A DNA stretch of 64,000 nt from Minisyncoccota bacterium (GTDB lineage Bacteria > Patescibacteriota > Minisyncoccia > Phycocordibacterales > UBA2100), in contig DATDXU010000002.1 of NCBI GenBank assembly GCA_036517195.1, positions 20,635 to 84,634 of the forward strand. Direction: 5' to 3'. The notes beneath the pieces were generated by a model. It ran no database searches and was not told the origin of the DNA. It saw only the letters and a list, made by a program, of their open reading frames with translations. Positions 18,148 through 26,606 of the stretch are shown piece after piece. The position numbers and the translations under genes were made by a program. Numbering within the stretch: position 1 is the stretch's first letter; every line of letters starts with the position of its first letter.

Positions 18148-18654
18148 ATGGCGCGAGTGAGTATTATTGCGGCGTGTGGAGCTTCGACGCGAGCGCTTGG
18201 AAAAAACAACACGCTTCTCTGGCACATACCAGAAGATTTGAAACGCTTTAAGCGTCTCACGCTCGGGCATCCCGTTATCATGGGACGCAAAACATTTGAA
18301 TCAATTGTGAGCTACCTCGGAAAACCTCTTCCTGGGCGCACCTCAATTGTTTTAACAAAGAATTCAAATAACGATTTACGAAATCGTTATGAGGTGGTAA
18401 TCGCGGGGTCACTGGAAGAGGGAATTAAGAAAGCGAAAGAATTGGATGACGAGGAAATTTTTATCGTGGGAGGCGCTTCCGTGTATGAACAGGCGCTTCC
18501 ACTCGCGGATCGCCTGTATCTCACGCTTGTTGAGGACGAGAAAGAAGGAGATACGTATTTTCCACCGTATGAGAATGTGTTTACAAAAATTGTGTCCGAA
18601 GAGGGTCACGTGTGGCAGGGAATTAGTGTTAGGTTTCTCGTGCTTGAGAGGTAG
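18148..18654 (+). CDS. folA: Dihydrofolate reductase
   Basis: LWHIPEDLKRFK, IMGRKTFESI, PLPGR, VGGASVY, GDTYFP. Confidence 0.97.
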   Translation: MARVSIIAACGASTRALGKNNTLLWHIPEDLKRFKRLTLGHPVIMGRKTFESIVSYLGKPLPGRTSIVLTKNSNNDLRNRYEVVIAGSLEEGIKKAKELDDEEIFIVGGASVYEQALPLADRLYLTLVEDEKEGDTYFPPYENVFTKIVSEEGHVWQGISVRFLVLER

Positions 18655-18659
18655 GGCCT

Positions 18660-18685
18660 GCCCCCACACCATTGGTGTGGGGGGC
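18660..18685. repeat. CCCACACCA/TGGTGTGGG palindrome
   Basis: CCCCCACACCA-T-TGGTGTGGGGG immediately after folA, with no T-tract. Confidence 0.5.
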
Positions 18686-18726
18686 TTCCGCATGGTATCA
18701 ATGACGCTGGACTAGAGAGATACATA

Positions 18727-19599
18727 GTGGAGATGAAAATGACACGTGCGCGCATAGTGCGTTCGTATACGAACACCGTAGAGGCAAGGATTATGGCGCT
18801 ACGCGCCAATCCACACACACACGTAGAACACATCGGGGACGTGGCAAACGGCGTTGTTGCCTATTCATGTTTTCGGGTAGTTGTTGGTTCTCAAAGTTCG
18901 GGGAAAAAGCCCTCCGTACTTCTTTCGGGGGGAGTTCACGGCAATGAACCGGCTGGCGTGTGGGCACTCTTGCGATTTCTTGAAATGGATGTACATCAGT
19001 ATCTTGATACGTGTACGTTTGTCGCATATCCGTGCATAAACCCGATTGGATACGAATACAACACCAGGGGTACTGTGCGAGGCTTTGACCTCAATCGAGA
19101 TTTCACACTGTATCCGAAGTCGTTTGAAAATCAGATTGTTCTTCGGTCTCTTCACAAAGATGAGAAGCATTTTCTTTTCGCAATGGATTTGCACGAATCA
19201 GATATGAGCGAAGTGACGGAGGACATGGTCAAGGAAGGTCTTACTGTAAAAGATAATCCGCGTGGATTTTATCTGTACGAATGTGCGAGGGAGGCAACAC
19301 CTCGAATGGGGCGTTCGATAATTAAAGCACTGCGGAGAGAGGGAATACAGATTGCTACACAGCCCGAAATTTTTAAAGATAAAAACTTCGGTGGCGTTAT
19401 TTCGTATCCAACGGAAAGCGGGAGTCCGATATACGCTGAAGGGGTATCATTTGACACGTATCTTTTTGACACATGCACAGACCACGCGTTTACCACCGAG
19501 ACCGTAACGAATTGGGATGCGTGGAAGCGCGTTATGGCGCATAGAGTTGCCATACAGACGGTGCTAGAGTTATACAGGCGTCATTTTTCAAGTGTGTAA
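18727..19599 (+). CDS. M14-family zinc carboxypeptidase (AstE/AspA-like)
   Basis: GGVHGNEPAG, PCINP, DLNRDF, MDLHE, TTET. Confidence 0.88.
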   Translation: MEMKMTRARIVRSYTNTVEARIMALRANPHTHVEHIGDVANGVVAYSCFRVVVGSQSSGKKPSVLLSGGVHGNEPAGVWALLRFLEMDVHQYLDTCTFVAYPCINPIGYEYNTRGTVRGFDLNRDFTLYPKSFENQIVLRSLHKDEKHFLFAMDLHESDMSEVTEDMVKEGLTVKDNPRGFYLYECAREATPRMGRSIIKALRREGIQIATQPEIFKDKNFGGVISYPTESGSPIYAEGVSFDTYLFDTCTDHAFTTETVTNWDAWKRVMAHRVAIQTVLELYRRHFSSV

Positions 19600-19688
19600 C
19601 AGGTAGAGTGGCTCGTTTCCAGACTGTAGGGAACGAGCTTTCTTTTTTGTTTTTGTTGAATTGCGGACATGTAGTATCCTTGTGCACT

Positions 19689-20141
19689 ATGGGGGTGACA
19701 AGGAAGAAAAAGAAGGTTGGTATTACCGCTGGCGCGCTTGATTTGTGCCATGCGGGGCACTTTTTGATGCTTGAGGAGGCAAGGAGGGTGTGTGATTACC
19801 TCATCGTGTGTCTTCAGGAAGACCCGTCGCGCGACAGGCCTGAAAAAAATAAACCCATTATGTCTATGGCAGAACGCATGACCATACTGCGCGGAATTCG
19901 CTGGGTTGATGAAGTGGTGCCGTATAAAACAGAGCGTGATTTATACAACATTTTACGTTCGCGTAAGCCGGACATTCGTATTATCGGGGCGGATTGGAAA
20001 GGCAAACTATACACCGGGCATGATTTGCCGATAACAATGTATTTTAATTCACGTTCGCATTCCTACTCATCGTCCAATATACGCGAACGCGTGTGGGCGG
20101 CGGAAGATGCAAAACGTCGCGCAAAAAAGAAGAAGCGCTGA
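19689..20141 (+). CDS. TagD-like cytidylyltransferase
   Basis: GALDLCHAGH (HxGH), ER..IL..IRWVDEV, GADWKGK, SSSNIR. Confidence 0.88.
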   Translation: MGVTRKKKKVGITAGALDLCHAGHFLMLEEARRVCDYLIVCLQEDPSRDRPEKNKPIMSMAERMTILRGIRWVDEVVPYKTERDLYNILRSRKPDIRIIGADWKGKLYTGHDLPITMYFNSRSHSYSSSNIRERVWAAEDAKRRAKKKKR

Positions 20142-20146
20142 TTTCG

Positions 20147-20911
20147 CTACACAACAAATAGCACGAATACAAGCACAAGCAGAATACGGTATATGCCGAA
20201 TAGTGTAAATGAGTGTGTTTGTACATAACGCATAAGCCACATCGCGGCGACTAGGGCGACCACGAACGAGGTCAAGAATCCTGCGCCAAGAAGTGCGGCA
20301 TTATCCCACGTAAAAATTTCAATATTTTTTGCTATGTCATATCCTGTCGCGGCAAGCATGGTGGGTATTGCGAGGAGGAAAGAAAACTCAACGATGACTG
20401 TGCGACGAAGCCCCAACAAAAGACCTCCGACAATTGTTGCGCCGGCGCGCGACACGCCGGGAATAATTGAAAGTGCTTGAAACAAACCGATGAATAGGGA
20501 TTGGCTGTAGGTAACATCATTCACCTCACCTTCTACCACTTCTTCTTTGTGCCACCATTCAAGAGCGATGAGTATCACGCCTCCAAGAAAGAGCGCCCAC
20601 AACACGACAGATGTGTTGCCGAGGAGGTATGTTTTTATGAATGGATACAACAGGAATCCGACGATTCCTGTTGGGACGAAAGCGACCGCTAATTTTTTTA
20701 TACGTTCCGTATGCAACAGTGAACGCCAACATAAAGCGACGATGGCAAGAATTGCTCCGCACTGAATCAGTATTTCAAAACTTTTGACAAATGTTGTTTG
20801 CTCTATACCTAAAAGAGAACTCGCAAGAATGAGATGTCCCGTGGATGAGATAGGCAGAAACTCCGTCGCACCCTCAAGGGCGCCGAGCAGGATACTTTCA
20901 AAAAGGGACAT
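20147..20911 (-). CDS. uppP: Undecaprenyl-diphosphate phosphatase
   Basis: EGATEFLPISSTGHL, IPGVSRAGATI, EFSFLLAIPTM. Confidence 0.97.
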   Translation of the reverse strand: MSLFESILLGALEGATEFLPISSTGHLILASSLLGIEQTTFVKSFEILIQCGAILAIVALCWRSLLHTERIKKLAVAFVPTGIVGFLLYPFIKTYLLGNTSVVLWALFLGGVILIALEWWHKEEVVEGEVNDVTYSQSLFIGLFQALSIIPGVSRAGATIVGGLLLGLRRTVIVEFSFLLAIPTMLAATGYDIAKNIEIFTWDNAALLGAGFLTSFVVALVAAMWLMRYVQTHSFTLFGIYRILLVLVFVLFVV

Positions 20912-20991
20912 AGAGTAGAGTATACCCCCTAGCCAGTGCGGGAAAAATAAAAAACAACCCCCACTTCTGCCTCGAAATGGGGGTATGTGTT

Positions 20992-21588
20992 CTACTGTTT
21001 TTTTCCTCCCTCGTCTTCCTCTGTCTCAATGCAAGACCACACGGCGAAGGATCTTTTTTTGTCTCCTGCCTGTTGCCAGAATGCGACACAGATAACATTT
21101 TCAGCGTACTTCTTTGCATATTGCACAACAAAACCAATGCCATGTTGGGCTTTCATACCGGCATTCTGATATGCCAAGCCAATGACTTGTCCGGCGTACT
21201 CACCAGCATTCTGGTATGCCACACCAATGAACTGATAGGCCTCCTTACCAACATTTTGATATGTCAGACCAAGTCCTTGCCAGGCGTCCTGACCGGCATT
21301 CTGGCATCCGACATGTATAACAGCAAGCGCGTTTTTTTTGGCGTTTTGGTATACAGAGAACAGTGAGATAAGGTCTCCTTCTGAATACGCGTTACCGGCG
21401 ATCGTAAACACAGTGTTACCGGTTGTGACTGGTGCGCATAGCGCCGCAATCAGCAATGTGGTTGTAGCGGTGACGGAGAGCGTTTGGTCTCCCATTAACC
21501 ACCAAGCCACGAGAGAATACAAAATTGTGGATAGTAGCCACAAAAAAATGTTTTTTGCCGCGACACTCATTTTCAAGCTCCCCTGCAT
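20992..21588 (-). CDS. Membrane-anchored protein with 15-aa tandem repeats
   Basis: Two N-terminal hydrophobic segments, then repeated YQNAG..A.Q.IG.; TTGACA-17-TACAAA promoter upstream (~21608-21636, minus strand). Confidence 0.75.
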   Translation of the reverse strand: MQGSLKMSVAAKNIFLWLLSTILYSLVAWWLMGDQTLSVTATTTLLIAALCAPVTTGNTVFTIAGNAYSEGDLISLFSVYQNAKKNALAVIHVGCQNAGQDAWQGLGLTYQNVGKEAYQFIGVAYQNAGEYAGQVIGLAYQNAGMKAQHGIGFVVQYAKKYAENVICVAFWQQAGDKKRSFAVWSCIETEEDEGGKKQ

Positions 21589-21669
21589 CCATATTCATTT
21601 CCAAAAGCTTTGTATCATCAGATGTTTGAGTTGTCAAGAAAAAGATTCCATCGCCCAAGTTCGATGGAA

Positions 21670-22497
21670 TCATAGTTTCGTACGCAGTCGAGAGTGTATC
21701 TGAAGGTCAATTTTGATGTCCTCGTTCAGGACAGCAAGCATGCGTTGCCGTCTTTTTTCGTTCCGCTTGTGTGTACGAAGAGTTTCCCAATTTCCTGAAA
21801 ATACCTCATCTGCAAATCCGAATCGCACTGCCTCACGAGGACCAAGCCATACGTTGATTTTGTCCCTCAGCTTGTCTTCAAGGAGTCTTAGGATTTTTTG
21901 TTCGCCCCATTTTTTGTATGCCCCTTGTTCTTTGAGACGCGCTACATACAAAAGGAGCATACGTTCTGATGCCATGCGCCGCTCGCTGTCTTCGGCGTTC
22001 GCCTCTTGTTCAAGACCGTGGAACGAGAATTCACCGAAGTGGTACATAAACCGAGCCGTAGCGTCCAGAACAAACTTGTCTGCCGCGAGAGGGACAATAG
22101 ACGACATGGAACGTGCCCACCTGCGAGCGAGTACGGTAATTGGGTTCGGACATGCAAGAATTGAGGAAAATATTTGCATTCCCGATTCCCAGTCGCCTCC
22201 GCATGTGGACATGTCGACAAGAATGGGCCTTTCAGGATTAATGCCACTCAAGACGCTCAAGCTTCTTGCAAACTCGTTTGCCATGGTCGGATTGATGCCC
22301 GACTCACTCACGTGTTCGGCATCTTCAGGGTCAACATCCCGCGTGTGGAGGTATGCGATGAATTGCGCGCGATCTATTCTGTAGTCGTGAACGTCTCCTA
22401 AGGCAAAGTCTCCCAGAAGAGCTTTTGCCGGTGCCTCTTCGTGTGGTGTTCCAACGGTCGATCTTTTCTTACGCAGACGCTTTTTACGGGTTTCCAT
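21670..22497 (-). CDS. Divergent ClpP-family (S14) protease
   Basis: MSTCGGD, ARSMSS (catalytic Ser), FMYH (His), WL...EAV.FGFADEV. Confidence 0.82.
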   Translation of the reverse strand: METRKKRLRKKRSTVGTPHEEAPAKALLGDFALGDVHDYRIDRAQFIAYLHTRDVDPEDAEHVSESGINPTMANEFARSLSVLSGINPERPILVDMSTCGGDWESGMQIFSSILACPNPITVLARRWARSMSSIVPLAADKFVLDATARFMYHFGEFSFHGLEQEANAEDSERRMASERMLLLYVARLKEQGAYKKWGEQKILRLLEDKLRDKINVWLGPREAVRFGFADEVFSGNWETLRTHKRNEKRRQRMLAVLNEDIKIDLQIHSRLRTKL

Positions 22498-22599
22498 TGG
22501 TAACCCCCGTTTCTGTATGAACTACAGCAACTATAGTATGGCGTGCTCCCTAAAGCAAAAGCCCCACGAATGGGGCTTGTCCCGCCGTTGGCGGGGCTT

Positions 22600-23133
22600 T
22601 TAAGTTTTGTGTTTGACTTTTTTGCGCTTTAGATACCACGCAATCGGATATCGTTTACCGGAAGTTGGATCTTTTCTTGTTCGCAAGTCATTACACAACA
22701 GGGAACGGGATATGGTATAGAGGGTTGTTTTGGTGAAAGGGTAATTTGCTATCCTAAACTTTTTTCCTGCGATTGGCATACCAATGATAAGCACAATATG
22801 GATGAGCCAATTTTTGTGTATGTTCCAATCTTCCTTTTTGCGCCACTGATAGCATAGAACAACGGCACCACCGTGCTCCACATGTTTTGCAATCTTTTCA
22901 ATACGCGGATGTTTATCTGTGCGTATAGTGAAATATGTTGCACCAAGAGCGTGTAAGGTTTTTGAAATATCTCTTGCCTTTGTTCCACCAAGTAATCTGG
23001 AGTAGTGGGTGTGTGCTCTTATCTTTTTTAAACTTCGATACGCCAAAGGTGCTCCTGCCCACTTCAGTGCATTTAATATGACGATAGGACCGCAATCAAA
23101 CCTACCTCGTTGACGAAAATAGCGGATTGTCAT
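22600..23133 (-). CDS. C39-like cysteine peptidase
   Basis: Q...DCGP..I.NAL (Gln/Cys), HIVLIIG (His), IAN; AT-richer than its neighbours. Confidence 0.75.
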   Translation of the reverse strand: MTIRYFRQRGRFDCGPIVILNALKWAGAPLAYRSLKKIRAHTHYSRLLGGTKARDISKTLHALGATYFTIRTDKHPRIEKIAKHVEHGGAVVLCYQWRKKEDWNIHKNWLIHIVLIIGMPIAGKKFRIANYPFTKTTLYTISRSLLCNDLRTRKDPTSGKRYPIAWYLKRKKVKHKT

Positions 23134-23231
23134 CTCGACACCTCTTGCCCCTTGTTCAATATATTCTTTCTCTATTGTAAGACATCAAAACGGAAGATTT
23201 TTAACGTGCCGTGAATAACAACTTTTGCAGA

Positions 23232-23264
23232 AACAATGACCGACCTACGAGGTCGGTCATTGTT
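23232..23264. repeat. CGACC-core hairpin, copy C
   Basis: Perfect 15-bp stem AACAATGACCGACCT-ACG-AGGTCGGTCATTGTT. Confidence 0.7.
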
Positions 23265-23337
23265 GACATGCGAATGTAGTCCTAGTAGACTTGCGAAAGT
23301 TCTAGGTATCAACAATCGAATCGAGAGGAACCAGGCA

Positions 23338-23766
23338 ATGGAAATCGCACGTTCGCCGCAGTCCATTGAGGCGGGGAAATATGTTACCATCGCTGTTTTT
23401 GGATGTGTCGTCTTGACCGCCGCGTACATTTTGTTTCCATTGTATGAGCAGCGCGTGGCTTCCATGCTCGGTATGTCAGATGTCATGCTTGGAAGTCCGC
23501 TTTTGCAACTACTGCTGGGGGTCTGGGTTGGCGCATTTTTAACCGCTGCGTTTATGACCTCGAGCCCTAGGGGCGGAATGTACCTTGTTCCCGTGCTTTT
23601 GGGGGTGTTCGCAACATATCTGTTGGCAACCTTTATCGTGTCGGTCGGTGTGTCTTTCCCAATCACACCGCTTGATATTGGTGATTTGAATTCCATCATG
23701 ACTTTTGGTGGAGTTCTCGGCGCCACAGTGAGTCGGATGGTGCTCCATAGGCGCTATGCATCGTAA
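23338..23766 (+). CDS. Hypothetical 4-TM membrane protein
   Basis: Four hydrophobic helices; GAGG upstream; hairpin plus T-run downstream. Confidence 0.7.
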   Translation: MEIARSPQSIEAGKYVTIAVFGCVVLTAAYILFPLYEQRVASMLGMSDVMLGSPLLQLLLGVWVGAFLTAAFMTSSPRGGMYLVPVLLGVFATYLLATFIVSVGVSFPITPLDIGDLNSIMTFGGVLGATVSRMVLHRRYAS

Positions 23767-23888
23767 GGAACATCGTTCGCCCAACGGGACATCCGCTGGG
23801 CGACCTCTTTTTTTCTAGCGTGCTGTGGATAAAATTCTGGCCGTATACGGTAGTGTCTAGACGAAGGTATTGTTCATTGAGTTTTTAT

Positions 23889-24188
23889 GCGGGGCTTGAC
23901 CCCGTCAGTGAATGGTGGCAACCTTGGCGCCACAGTGCAGAGTGCAAAATGAAGAGGTGAATCGTAGTTTTTTATATCAAGAAAGCCATCGTTTGAACAT
24001 GCGCCAAGAAGTATGGGAACAAGCGTTTCCACACGCTGTTGCTAGAGCATGATAGTTTTTCAAATCGTTCTATATTGAGCATGTTCATTTGCCACCATCT
24101 ACTGCGGGGCTTGACGTTACCGTGTGATAGGCGTCTTTTGTGCTGGACGGCTGGCGTGAATACGAAGAATACTGATAGAATGACGGGG
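23889..24188. mobile_element. MITE-like or structured non-coding element
   Basis: Imperfect terminal inverted repeats at 23900-23921 and 24089-24109, a 12-bp direct repeat GCGGGGCTTGAC (23889, 24104) and nested internal stems. Confidence 0.5.
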
Positions 24189-24224
24189 TACTATTTTAAC
24201 AATAACTAATCTACATATTATTGT

Positions 24225-24383
24225 ATGGCAGATGCAACAGTCGGATACTGTGTGAAGTGCAAGGCGAAGCAGGAAATGAGCAACACGAAAGAGGTTTCAA
24301 TGAAGGGGGGGCGTCGGGCAATGCAAGGATCATGCCCAAAGTGCAGCACGAAAATGTTTAGAATTTTAGGGAAGGCAAAATAG
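24225..24383 (+). CDS. Small zinc-ribbon protein (DUF5679-like, 52 aa); absent from the ORF track
   Basis: MADATVGYCVKCKAKQEM...MKGGRRAMQGSCPKCSTKMFRILGKAK: two CxxC pairs; terminator follows. Confidence 0.85.
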   Translation: MADATVGYCVKCKAKQEMSNTKEVSMKGGRRAMQGSCPKCSTKMFRILGKAK

Positions 24384-24401
24384 AGAACGTGAAATGAGTC
24401 G

Positions 24402-24434
24402 AAAGAGGTCACGGCTTCGCCGTGACCTCTTTCA
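24402..24434 (+). terminator. Intrinsic terminator
   Basis: AAAGAGGTCACGGC-TTC-GCCGTGACCTCTTTT. Confidence 0.7.
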
Positions 24435-24497
24435 TATTCTTGTTGCATCTTTTTGCCATCGGAGCACAATTGGTTTTGGCAATAGAGGACGAAGGAG

Positions 24498-25799
24498 GTG
24501 GCGATGCGCGACAAAGAAGAATTGCGGCATGCGTGCGGGTCGGTGATTGATGAAGAGAGTTGGAGTGTTATCAGGGCAACGCAAAGACACAGCGCTCTCA
24601 ATTACAATCCATATCCGATTGTTGTGCGCAGACACAGTGGCGCGTATGGGGCGTACCTCTACACCGTTGAAGGACATCGGGTGCTCGATCTTTTGGCAGG
24701 GTACTCTGCGGTGTTCTCGCACCGGTGGGATGTTCCGATTCGGGCACTGACGGCGGAGTTGTCCAGTGGCACTGACTTAACGTCCCGCGGTGTGTACACG
24801 GAACGATTTGCAGAATTCTGTGAAAAGATAACTGCTCTTACGGGGTATGACAGGGTGCTTCCGGCGTCCGACGGGAGGTCAAGCACCGAGCCTGTGATTG
24901 ACGCGTTCTTTATGCATGCCGAAAGGCGCGGTATTAAGAAACCGAACATTATTCTGATGGATAAATATTTCCACGGACGTGCACGGACATTCACCACGAA
25001 CGCTCTCTTTGATTCTTCTCAACACGAAGGCAAGGGGCCGCGGGTTGCCGGCATCGATGTGGTCGCGGATGTTCTCGAGATGGAGAAAAAGATTAACGAG
25101 AATACCGCAGGCATCTTTATGGAAGTGCACAGGGGAGAAGGTGGCCCTCTCTTTGACAACGGCGCATATGTGAGAGCGTGGGAGGCCGCGCGAGAGCACA
25201 ACATACCAATCGCAGTTGACGAAGTGCAAACGGGATTCTATCGATGTGGGCATCTTTGGGCGTGGCAGGAGTCCGGTCTAAAATATCGTCCCGACGCGAT
25301 GGTGCTTGGAAAAGCGCTTGGTGGTGGGATTATGCCGGTCTCGGCTCTTGTCGGCACAGAAGAGTTTATGTCTGTCTTCACGCCCGGAAGCCACGGAAGC
25401 ACATTCGGTGGATTTGCTCCCGCGTGTGCGGTCGCGTGTTCTGTCATTGATTATGTGCGCGAACATCCGGAAATGGGAGCGCGCGCGAATGAAATCGGAG
25501 CGCGTTTTGCAAAAAATCTTGCAGGCATCCCGAATGTGTCCGTTCGCAACCGAGGTGCACTGATTGCACTTCAGATTGAGGGCATTTCGACCACAGAACC
25601 ACTCTGTCTTGAAATGCTTCTCGGTGAACATGATCCGCGCGTCTTTATGAAGCATGGGCATGTGTATGGAAACACCGCGTACGTGCGCATCGCGCCACCC
25701 ATCCTTGCGATTGAAAACTCCATGATTGACGAAGCGTGTCACAATACGATTGCTCCCGTCTTGCGGCGTGCTCGTGAGATTGTTGGAAGCGGTTGTTAA
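24498..25799 (+). CDS. Class-III PLP aminotransferase (ornithine aminotransferase RocD-like)
   Basis: NYNPYP, DLLAGYSA, FHGR, DEVQTG, LGKALGGG (PLP Lys), PGSHGSTFGG, RIAPP; AAGGAGG SD. Confidence 0.9.
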   Translation: MAMRDKEELRHACGSVIDEESWSVIRATQRHSALNYNPYPIVVRRHSGAYGAYLYTVEGHRVLDLLAGYSAVFSHRWDVPIRALTAELSSGTDLTSRGVYTERFAEFCEKITALTGYDRVLPASDGRSSTEPVIDAFFMHAERRGIKKPNIILMDKYFHGRARTFTTNALFDSSQHEGKGPRVAGIDVVADVLEMEKKINENTAGIFMEVHRGEGGPLFDNGAYVRAWEAAREHNIPIAVDEVQTGFYRCGHLWAWQESGLKYRPDAMVLGKALGGGIMPVSALVGTEEFMSVFTPGSHGSTFGGFAPACAVACSVIDYVREHPEMGARANEIGARFAKNLAGIPNVSVRNRGALIALQIEGISTTEPLCLEMLLGEHDPRVFMKHGHVYGNTAYVRIAPPILAIENSMIDEACHNTIAPVLRRAREIVGSGC

Positions 25800-25820
25800 G
25801 TGGTACGTATAGAAAAAATT

Positions 25821-25861
25821 TGACCCCCATCTCGCAACTACGTGTTGCGGAATGGGGGTCT
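25821..25861. terminator. Hairpin between convergent genes
   Basis: GACCCCCAT...ATGGGGGTC stem. Confidence 0.6.
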
Positions 25862-25874
25862 TCTTGTCGGGAGC

Positions 25875-26429
25875 TCAGTCGGCCTTCTTGGCCTTGACGA
25901 CCTTGCTCCTGCTGCGACGCGTGGGCGGGCGGTTGTTCCGCATCCGCTTCACCACCTTGCGGTGTTTTGCCTTGAGGTCGGTCACGACCGCCTTCGGCGA
26001 CGGCTTTGCCGGTGGCGCCTCTTCGGGCAGGTCGGTCGGTCCCACGGTGGCGAGATACGCGGCTGTTTGCCGCGCGTCGATCCCGCGGTAGATGTGCGCG
26101 TGGAGCGCCGTTTTGCGCCGAAGCTGGATCTTTTCCCGCATGTGCGGCGGGATGCGTTTTCCTTCCGCTTCCTCCGCCCGTTGCATTTCCTTTTCCGTCG
26201 GCGGCTTTTTCTTGTTTGCCGGCGGAATCGGGCGTGCCGCACCACGCCCATTGTGCGTGATTTCGGCTTGGATGCCGTTGTACATCATGTGCTCGAACTT
26301 GAGCCCGATGTACGGATCGGTCGCATGGCTTCTTCCGCCCCTGTTCTTGTATTTCCGTCGTCCTTCGACTTCGGTGGTGGCTGCCGGCACGTCGGTCTGC
26401 ACGCCTGTGGCGTGCGTCTCGGTGGTCAT
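25875..26429 (-). CDS. Hypothetical, highly basic, low-complexity protein
   Basis: Strong GC3 bias in this frame, AAGGGAG SD, dedicated promoter. Confidence 0.75.
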   Translation of the reverse strand: MTTETHATGVQTDVPAATTEVEGRRKYKNRGGRSHATDPYIGLKFEHMMYNGIQAEITHNGRGAARPIPPANKKKPPTEKEMQRAEEAEGKRIPPHMREKIQLRRKTALHAHIYRGIDARQTAAYLATVGPTDLPEEAPPAKPSPKAVVTDLKAKHRKVVKRMRNNRPPTRRSRSKVVKAKKAD

Positions 26430-26485
26430 TGTCTCGTCTCCCTTGTTGGCGCACGTTCGGATGAACGCACGCTTTACCGTTTTGA

Positions 26486-26514
26486 ATGATAGCACAGCCA
26501 AATCAACTTGTCAA
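26486..26514 (-). promoter_or_regulatory. sigma70 promoter with extended -10
   Basis: Minus strand TTGACA-17 bp (ending TGC)-TATCAT. Confidence 0.7.
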
Positions 26515-26606
26515 CTTTTTTTGAGAGTCCCAAAAACGGCTTACCGCTTGCGTATATTTGAAGAGTCGTCTACTCTAGTAACGGAATAATAAAGAAGGAA
26601 CATCTA

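Noticed and set aside
23889-24188. Possible tmRNA or RNase P RNA (GGGGCTTGAC start)
   Set aside because: No tRNA-like 3' end (T-arm plus CCA) and no GAGGAAAGTCC RNase P motif were found.
25645-26589. Several long overlapping ORFs (269, 215 and 165 aa)
   Set aside because: Stop-codon scarcity in a GC-rich patch; only the 26429 frame has an SD, a promoter and GC3 bias.
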